DNA of 13,969 nt from a bacterium (lineage in GTDB: Bacteria; Fidelibacterota; Marinisomatia; Marinisomatales; UBA1611). The notes below the pieces were generated by a model. The model searched no databases, was not told the DNA's origin, and saw only the letters and a list, made by a program, of their open reading frames with translations. The stretch lies in NCBI GenBank assembly GCA_038127595.1, contig JAYPIC010000014.1, positions 23,858 through 37,826 of the forward strand, written 5' to 3'. The position numbers and the translations under genes are program-made. This document shows, piece by piece, positions 8,362-13,969 of the stretch; positions within the stretch are counted from its first letter, which is position 1; the number at the start of each line of letters is the position of its first letter.

Positions 8362-9033
8362 TTGGCCCTAAATAAAAAAAACTCATTTATTTTTTGCTTA
8401 TTATTCTTGATTTTTAGTGATTCGATTTATTCTCAATCAATTTCTTTATACCCTAAGAGGAGTAAAAAAATTAAAATATATGATACCTATGATATAAAAA
8501 ATGGAAGTATTATAATCAAAGATAGTAGTTTAATTAAAAAAGTAATTCCTCTAAAATCATTAAGGAAAGTAAAATATTCACAAAAATCTTACAAATCTTA
8601 TGGTGACATTCTCCTTGTTTCAGGTAAGTGGATTTTAAATTGTTCATTGTTCCCTGCTGTCATAGGCTACCCTAATTTATTTTACTCATATGGTTCCGTC
8701 AGTTCAGCTTTAATTTTATCAGGTTCAATTTTAAATCAGATAGGAATGAGACTTGGACGAAATGTTATTACTTATAAGTTAAAAGGACTTAATTACATAA
8801 ATAGAGAATTGATTTTTTCATCGATTTTTTCTGACTTGGACTTATTAAAAAGTAATAGCGACATCAAAGGAGAATATTATTACGAGCCGCACGGAAAAAA
8901 AATTGAATTACCTAAGGCAAATTGGCTTCTAAAATTTTCTGCTAATAATAAACCATTTGGAATAGAGGCTTGGATAAAGAAACATAGACTCAGAGAAAAG
9001 AGATTCTTGCAATTTGCAGTGCCAAAAAAATAG
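8362..9033 (+). CDS. Hypothetical exported/membrane protein (basic, signal-peptide-like N-terminus)
   Basis: TTG start 1 nt after the upstream stop; N-terminus KK + hydrophobic stretch + IYSQ; central mildly hydrophobic segments. No family recognised. Confidence 0.65.
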   Translation: MALNKKNSFIFCLLFLIFSDSIYSQSISLYPKRSKKIKIYDTYDIKNGSIIIKDSSLIKKVIPLKSLRKVKYSQKSYKSYGDILLVSGKWILNCSLFPAVIGYPNLFYSYGSVSSALILSGSILNQIGMRLGRNVITYKLKGLNYINRELIFSSIFSDLDLLKSNSDIKGEYYYEPHGKKIELPKANWLLKFSANNKPFGIEAWIKKHRLREKRFLQFAVPKK

Positions 9034-9038
9034 CAGTT

Positions 9039-9632
9039 ATGCAATATATCATTACAGCTTTAAAGTCTGAAGCAAAACCTATAATTGATTATTATGGTTT
9101 AAAATTTTCAGGTTTAAGCAATTTTCCGTTATATAAAAATGATAATATTACTCTGCTCATTACAGGAGTTGGCAGAAAAAATGTCTCCAACGTTCTCAAT
9201 TTGTTTTTTCAAAAAAATAAAGTTACAAAAAATCAAATTATAAATATTGGAATATCAGGAGGTAAAAAGGGTGATTGTAGTATTGGCCAATTATTCTTAA
9301 TCAATAAAGTTTCTGATGAAAAATCAAAATTAAGTTTTAATCTTGGATCTCAGTACTCTTTTGGTTTGCAAAATAACGAAATTACTACTGTTTCAAAACC
9401 TGTTGTAGATAACAACTTTAAAGGTGAGGGGCTTGTAGATATGGAGGCATATGAAATATGCAAGACAGTTAATGATTTAGAAGGTTTAAATCGACTACTT
9501 ATTTTAAAAATAGTTTCTGATCATATGGACATGAAACATCATATTAGTGCGAATCAAGTAGAAAGTTTAATTAAACAAAAAATTCCAGTAATAGACAAAT
9601 TCATAAGAGATCTTCGTAAATTACAGAATTAA
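9039..9632 (+). CDS. Nucleoside phosphorylase/nucleosidase (NP-I, MTA/SAH nucleosidase-like fold) protein
   Basis: Motifs IITALKSEA, LITGVG, INIGISGG, VDMEAY and KIVSD appear in the canonical order. Confidence 0.8.
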   Translation: MQYIITALKSEAKPIIDYYGLKFSGLSNFPLYKNDNITLLITGVGRKNVSNVLNLFFQKNKVTKNQIINIGISGGKKGDCSIGQLFLINKVSDEKSKLSFNLGSQYSFGLQNNEITTVSKPVVDNNFKGEGLVDMEAYEICKTVNDLEGLNRLLILKIVSDHMDMKHHISANQVESLIKQKIPVIDKFIRDLRKLQN

Positions 9633-9636
9633 ATAA

Positions 9637-9735
9637 ATGAAACTTATTTTATACATAGCCTTTTTAGTTTTCATTATCGGTGCTGTAGTGCTTGCTATCA
9701 TGTATAGAATGCATGATGATCAAGATATTGAATAA
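9637..9735 (+). CDS. Putative small single-pass membrane protein, 32 aa (MKLILYIAFLVFIIGAVVLAIMYRMHDDQDIE)
   Basis: ATG 4 nt after the upstream stop; fills the apparent intergenic gap; MK + ~20 hydrophobic residues + acidic tail. Confidence 0.6.
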   Translation: MKLILYIAFLVFIIGAVVLAIMYRMHDDQDIE

Positions 9736-9753
9736 ATATATTGAGTTTATTCT

Positions 9754-10506
9754 TTGTTAATATTTTCAACAATAAAAAGAATAGCACTTATAGTTTGTAA
9801 TTTTTATTTATTTTCTATGAATATTATAACTGGCCTTGAGACAAAAAATATATCTTATTGTGGTATACCTTTTGAAGTTTTAGGCAATAACTCATCTGAA
9901 ATAAGCTATATTTTGATTCACGGAGATGAAGAAACAGCTAGAATGCTTTTGAAAAACCACATTAAAAAAAATAATGGTAGAGCATTCATTATAAAATCGA
10001 AAAATCGAGAAGTCCCATTTGGGCCAACGATTGTTGACCCTAATAGATTGTTCTCAAATATTGGAGCAAGAAGAGCCCTTAAAAATTTTAAATCAGATTG
10101 GGATAGAGACGAATTAGATAATTTATTAATTGAATTAGAAGAATTACGAGAAAGTTTTTTATTTGATATATTCCCTGATAAAGGAGGTTTATTGATAGCT
10201 TTACATAATAATTTTCGAGGATATAATGTAGAAGATGAATTAAATGATAGCGAATTATATTCAATCAAAAAAGATGAGAATCCTAGAGATTTCATTCTAT
10301 GCACAAACGCTAATGATTATCAAAAGTTAAAAGATGGTCCTTATAATGTTGTACTACAAAATAGAATGAAGAATAATAATAATGGTTCGTTATCTTGGGC
10401 TGCTTTAGAGCATGGAGTCAGGTATATTAATATTGAAACAAGGTTGGGTTGGCTATCTCAACAAAGAAAAATGTTACAATTTGTTGAAAAGAGATTAAAA
10501 AAATAA
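9754..10506 (+). CDS. M14-like zinc carboxypeptidase / succinylglutamate desuccinylase-aspartoacylase fold hydrolase, possibly exported
   Basis: Ordered motifs IHGDE (HxxE), DPNRLF, IALHNN and YINIET. Start uncertain (TTG 9754 or ATG 9817). Confidence 0.7.
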   Translation: MLIFSTIKRIALIVCNFYLFSMNIITGLETKNISYCGIPFEVLGNNSSEISYILIHGDEETARMLLKNHIKKNNGRAFIIKSKNREVPFGPTIVDPNRLFSNIGARRALKNFKSDWDRDELDNLLIELEELRESFLFDIFPDKGGLLIALHNNFRGYNVEDELNDSELYSIKKDENPRDFILCTNANDYQKLKDGPYNVVLQNRMKNNNNGSLSWAALEHGVRYINIETRLGWLSQQRKMLQFVEKRLKK

Positions 10507-10512
10507 TTGGAT

Positions 10513-10764
10513 ATGGGAAAAATCATTCAAAAAATAATTAAGCTTATGCCGCTTGTGCTCTTTTTTATGCTGATATTTGTAGATAGGGAAGATAAAATGC
10601 AGGTATTTGGTTTTCTTTTTTTATTGTTCACTTATACTATTATTTTGGTGAGCAGAATTTTATATGCTAAGAAAGTATGGCACAAAGAATTCAATGATGA
10701 AAATTATGCAAAAGATGAAAGCATATTGAAAATGAAAGATTTAATAAAAAAATTTGATAAATAA
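10513..10764 (+). CDS. Small two-helix membrane protein, hypothetical
   Basis: Two hydrophobic segments and a charged tail. ATG at 10513 is preferred over TTG at 10507. Confidence 0.7.
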   Translation: MGKIIQKIIKLMPLVLFFMLIFVDREDKMQVFGFLFLLFTYTIILVSRILYAKKVWHKEFNDENYAKDESILKMKDLIKKFDK

Positions 10765-10790
10765 AGATTTTAAAAAGAAAGGTAATTTTT

Positions 10791-11132
10791 ATGAGAAATA
10801 TAGACCCTAAAAGTTTATGTATAGGTTTTTTGGGAGCAGCTTTGATTTTTACTTTAACTGGAGCTAAGCAAAAAAAGAACCTTGGAGATATAGTTGTAAA
10901 CTCAATTACTGTGTTAGATGATGGTTATGGTGGTTTTATTACCGCGTATAATCAAGATCAAAAAAGAACTTTATATCTCGGTACCGGTGAGGAAAACAAT
11001 GGATATATACAAACATTTAATAAATTTCAACAGCCTACAGCTTATGTTGGTACTAACAAAGACATGGATGGTATATTAGTTCTCAACGATAGGTATGGAG
11101 AGCTAGGTTGGTCAAGATCTGCAAAACAATAA
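10791..11132 (+). CDS. Small exported hypothetical protein with ~23-aa beta-type repeats
   Basis: AAGGT upstream of the ATG; N-terminal hydrophobic helix; internal repeats GFITAYNQDQKRTLYLGTGEENN / GYIQTFNKFQQPTAYVGTNKDMD / GILVLNDRYGE. Confidence 0.8.
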   Translation: MRNIDPKSLCIGFLGAALIFTLTGAKQKKNLGDIVVNSITVLDDGYGGFITAYNQDQKRTLYLGTGEENNGYIQTFNKFQQPTAYVGTNKDMDGILVLNDRYGELGWSRSAKQ

Positions 11133-11153
11133 TTATGAGGAGAATATAATTCA

Positions 11154-12347
11154 ATGAAAATTGCTTTTTTAACTGCAGGCGGTATAGCGCCGTGCCTTTC
11201 TTCAAGCATTGGTGCTTTAATTGAGCAATATGCTACATTAAAACCAGAAGCTGAATTGATAGGGTATTTAAATGGCTATAGAGGCCTGCTGCTTGGTAAA
11301 TCTATTAAGTTTCCAGAATCTGCTAAAAATAATTTTTCCGTTTTGTACGAATTTGGTGGCAGTCCCATAGGAAACAGTAGAGTAAAATTAACGAACGTAA
11401 AAGATTGTGTTGAACGCGGCTATGTAAAGGAAGGTGAAGATCCGTTAAAAGTAGCAGCAGAGCAATTGAAGAGAGACAATGTTGATATTCTTCATACAAT
11501 CGGTGGAGATGATACAAATACAATGGCGGCTCAACTTTCAAATTACCTTAAGGAAAATAATTATGACCTTACAGTTGTTGGACTTCCAAAGACTGTTGAT
11601 AATGATGTGTATCCTCTGGTTCAAACCCTTGGTGCTTGGACTGCAGCAGAGCAAGGTGCTATTTTCTTTGAAAATATTGTTAATGAAAATACTACAAGTA
11701 CGAGACAACTTATTATTCACGAAGTTATGGGTCGTAACTGTGGGTATCTTACTGCTCAAACAGCTTTAGAATATAATAACAGGGTTAAAAATAAAGTGTT
11801 TTTTCCCGAGCTATTGATCGATGATAATAAGTGGGGCATAGATGCAATTTACATTCCAGAAATCGATTTTGATTTTCAGGTAGAAGCTGAACGTTTGAAA
11901 AAGGTTATGGATAAAAAAGATTGTGTAAATATTTTTTTAAGTGAGGGGGCTGGATTAGAGGCTATTACTAGAGAAATGGAAAGTAATGGGGAGGAAATTC
12001 CTCGAGATGCATTCGGCCATGTAAAACTAGATGAAATCAATCCAGGACAGTGGTTTGCAAAAAGGTTTTCAAAAGCATTAAACGCTGAAAAAACATTGGT
12101 CCAAAAAAGTGGGTATTTCGCTAGATCAGCTAAATCAAATGATAGAGATCTTCAGCTTATCAAAAACTCTGCCCAATTAGCAGCAAAATGTGCTTTAGAT
12201 CACGAGAGTGGTTTAGTCGGTTTGGATATGGATGAAAATGGTGAACTATTACTCATTGATTTCAATCGTATAAAAGGAGAAAAACCTTTTGACCACAAAG
12301 AAAAATGGTTTGTTGATATTTTAAGATCTATCGGGCAAATTGATTGA
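11154..12347 (+). CDS. pfp: Pyrophosphate--fructose-6-phosphate 1-phosphotransferase (PPi-dependent phosphofructokinase)
   Basis: LTAGGIAPC, GGSPIGNSRVK, IGGDDT (the second Asp is the PPi determinant), PKTVDND, EVMGR, KSGYFARS; GAGGAG ribosome-binding site upstream. Confidence 0.95.
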   Translation: MKIAFLTAGGIAPCLSSSIGALIEQYATLKPEAELIGYLNGYRGLLLGKSIKFPESAKNNFSVLYEFGGSPIGNSRVKLTNVKDCVERGYVKEGEDPLKVAAEQLKRDNVDILHTIGGDDTNTMAAQLSNYLKENNYDLTVVGLPKTVDNDVYPLVQTLGAWTAAEQGAIFFENIVNENTTSTRQLIIHEVMGRNCGYLTAQTALEYNNRVKNKVFFPELLIDDNKWGIDAIYIPEIDFDFQVEAERLKKVMDKKDCVNIFLSEGAGLEAITREMESNGEEIPRDAFGHVKLDEINPGQWFAKRFSKALNAEKTLVQKSGYFARSAKSNDRDLQLIKNSAQLAAKCALDHESGLVGLDMDENGELLLIDFNRIKGEKPFDHKEKWFVDILRSIGQID

Positions 12348-12348
12348 A

Positions 12349-13734
12349 CTAGGTTTTATTATTTGAATTTATTCTAAAATATCCAAAAAATATTATAGAT
12401 GTTAACATACCAAGGTAAAATGGCTCAATTATTGAAAATTGTTGAAAGCCTAATTTTTCCATGATAAATGAAAGCGTTGAAATGCAAATAGGCATGACTA
12501 TCCATATAATCATGTTTTTTTCCGTAAAGTGAAGTTTTTTGTTAAGGATTGCATTTATGAATGGTATGATAACACCGGGAATAAAAAGCGAGCCTAGTAT
12601 AAATAACATTTTAACAACAGACGGAATTAAAATAGAAAGTAAAATAGATAAAACAGCAACAATGATTAGCCCATTTTTTATTAAAAAGACTGGGTTTTTT
12701 CTTGAATCTTTTTTTCTTAACCTCCATATTATGTCTCTTCCAATCGTTATTGCATTCACAAAACTCATAGAATCGATTGTCGACATAATAATTGCAAATA
12801 ATGAGACAATAAATAATCCCAAAAATCCCGGAGGCAGTACCTTTAGTCCTAGTAGAGGATAAGACATAACAGGATTATCAGGGACTATGAAAATAAATGC
12901 ATATAGTCCTGCTGTGATGGTAATTAGATCAAAAATAAACCACAAAAATATTGAGACAATTAAGCCTTTTTTTGCTATTTCTGCAGATTTAACAGAAGCA
13001 ACCCTCTGAAAAAAATTAGGGTCAATTATTGTCCAAATAGCTATAAAGAACCAGACTGTAATATATTGTAAACTATTTCCACCAAGAGGGTCCAAGTGAC
13101 TATCAGGCAAAGATGAATATAATTCTAATGGGGAAACAGAATTATACCATGCAAAGCATACGAGCATGAAAAAACCTGCAAACATTAAAAACATTTGAAG
13201 ATAATCTGTTTTTACTATGGCAGATATACCCCCATTCCATACATAAATAGTGCTAAAACCAGTTGCAATAAAAATGCACCAAATTAATTCAATGTCAAAT
13301 ACGAAATTAATTAAAACACCAAGGCTAAGTATATATGGTGCTGGGCTAGATAATAAAAAAATAAAAACAGCGCTGATAATTCCAATGTTTTCGCCATAAC
13401 TGCTTCGAAATACATCCGGGATGGATAATATATTTTTGCTCCAAATTTTTTTTGAAAGCCAAAAAGCATATATTACTGCAAAAAAATAATAAGGTAACCC
13501 GAAAATAAACCACGTCTGAATTCCGTATAAGTATGTATTTTCTCCGACTCCTAAAATAGCACCGTACCATGTACTTACTAGCGAAATTACAAAACCTGGT
13601 AAGCTTAATTTTCTTCCATGTATTATGTAATCTCTTTGGCTAATAGTTGCTTTTGGTTTTCTGAAAAATCCGAGTAGAACTAAAAAGATAAAGTAAGCAA
13701 TAATAATAATGATATCGGTTTTTGTGATATTCAT
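12349..13734 (-). CDS. Sodium:solute symporter (SSS/SLC5) family transporter, candidate thiamine transporter
   Basis: About 13 hydrophobic segments; family-type motifs DYIIHGR, SLVSTWYG, GGISAIVKTD, FFQR, IMSTIDS. The substrate is inferred only from the abutting thiN. Confidence 0.9.
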   Translation of the reverse strand: MNITKTDIIIIIAYFIFLVLLGFFRKPKATISQRDYIIHGRKLSLPGFVISLVSTWYGAILGVGENTYLYGIQTWFIFGLPYYFFAVIYAFWLSKKIWSKNILSIPDVFRSSYGENIGIISAVFIFLLSSPAPYILSLGVLINFVFDIELIWCIFIATGFSTIYVWNGGISAIVKTDYLQMFLMFAGFFMLVCFAWYNSVSPLELYSSLPDSHLDPLGGNSLQYITVWFFIAIWTIIDPNFFQRVASVKSAEIAKKGLIVSIFLWFIFDLITITAGLYAFIFIVPDNPVMSYPLLGLKVLPPGFLGLFIVSLFAIIMSTIDSMSFVNAITIGRDIIWRLRKKDSRKNPVFLIKNGLIIVAVLSILLSILIPSVVKMLFILGSLFIPGVIIPFINAILNKKLHFTEKNMIIWIVMPICISTLSFIMEKLGFQQFSIIEPFYLGMLTSIIFFGYFRINSNNKT

Positions 13735-13968
13735 TTAATCGATGTGGTTTAGAAATAAAAAAATTTTATCAGTGCATTCAATATAAAATTCTTCTCCAAT
13801 TGCTTCATTCGAAATTGCTCTTGATGATGGGCTCAGAGGCTCATTTGTTAAACTATATTTTAATCCAGTTACTGTGATTCTTTCGACATTTTCAGCTGCA
13901 ACAATTGATATTTGCTGTCCTATTTTTGTTTCTATTGTTTTTGAACCTTTAATACAAAAAATTGTAGA
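13735..13968 (-). CDS. thiN: Thiamine pyrophosphokinase, C-terminal thiamine-binding domain (5' part outside the window)
   Basis: Translation ...GQQISIVAAENVERITVTGLKYSLTNEPLSPSSRAISNEAIGEEFYIECTDKIFLFLNHID* matches the TPK C-terminal pattern (S ... GLKYxL ... L ... ISNE). The TAA stop (13737-13735) directly abuts the symporter ATG. Confidence 0.85.
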   Translation of the reverse strand, partial: STIFCIKGSKTIETKIGQQISIVAAENVERITVTGLKYSLTNEPLSPSSRAISNEAIGEEFYIECTDKIFLFLNHID

Positions 13969-13969
13969 A

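Noticed and set aside
9918..10304. 128-aa minus-strand ORF
   Set aside because: Ser/Leu/Asn-rich mirror of the M14-like gene.
11323..11769. Three short ORFs within pfp
   Set aside because: Alternative-frame or antisense ORFs inside a highly conserved enzyme gene.
12539..13570. ORFs 12539-12862 (+) and 13346-13570 (-)
   Set aside because: Antisense or off-frame ORFs inside the symporter gene.
1..13969. CRISPR array, tRNA/rRNA, riboswitch, IS element, defence system, alternative genetic code
   Set aside because: No spaced direct repeats or transposase/nuclease motifs were seen, and there is almost no intergenic room for structured RNA. TGA acts as a stop at the natural ends of the HD-GYP and pfp genes.

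Overview
AT-rich (roughly 30% GC by eye), very densely packed bacterial chromosomal segment in the standard genetic code; the gene style suggests a streamlined FCB-group marine bacterium such as Marinimicrobia (inference only). The ORF track misses three CDSs. (1) A minus-strand ORF of at least 1131 codons (3393 to <1): a long-chain acyl-CoA-synthetase-like adenylation domain fused to more than 500 aa of extra sequence, including a HEAT-like helix and an apparent degenerate protein-kinase-like lobe. (2) A 32-aa single-helix membrane protein (9637-9735). (3) The 3' end of thiamine pyrophosphokinase (13735 to >13968). Divergent from the large ORF is a plus-strand run: GAF/HD-GYP phosphodiesterase, small acidic protein, SLC13/TrkA-C permease, class V PLP enzyme, hypothetical exported protein, nucleoside-phosphorylase-fold protein, mini membrane protein, M14-like zinc hydrolase, two small hypothetical proteins and PPi-dependent phosphofructokinase. 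This run converges on a thiN + sodium:solute symporter pair, a probable thiamine salvage unit. No RNA genes, CRISPR arrays or mobile elements were seen. The most unusual element is the adenylation/pseudokinase-like fusion protein.
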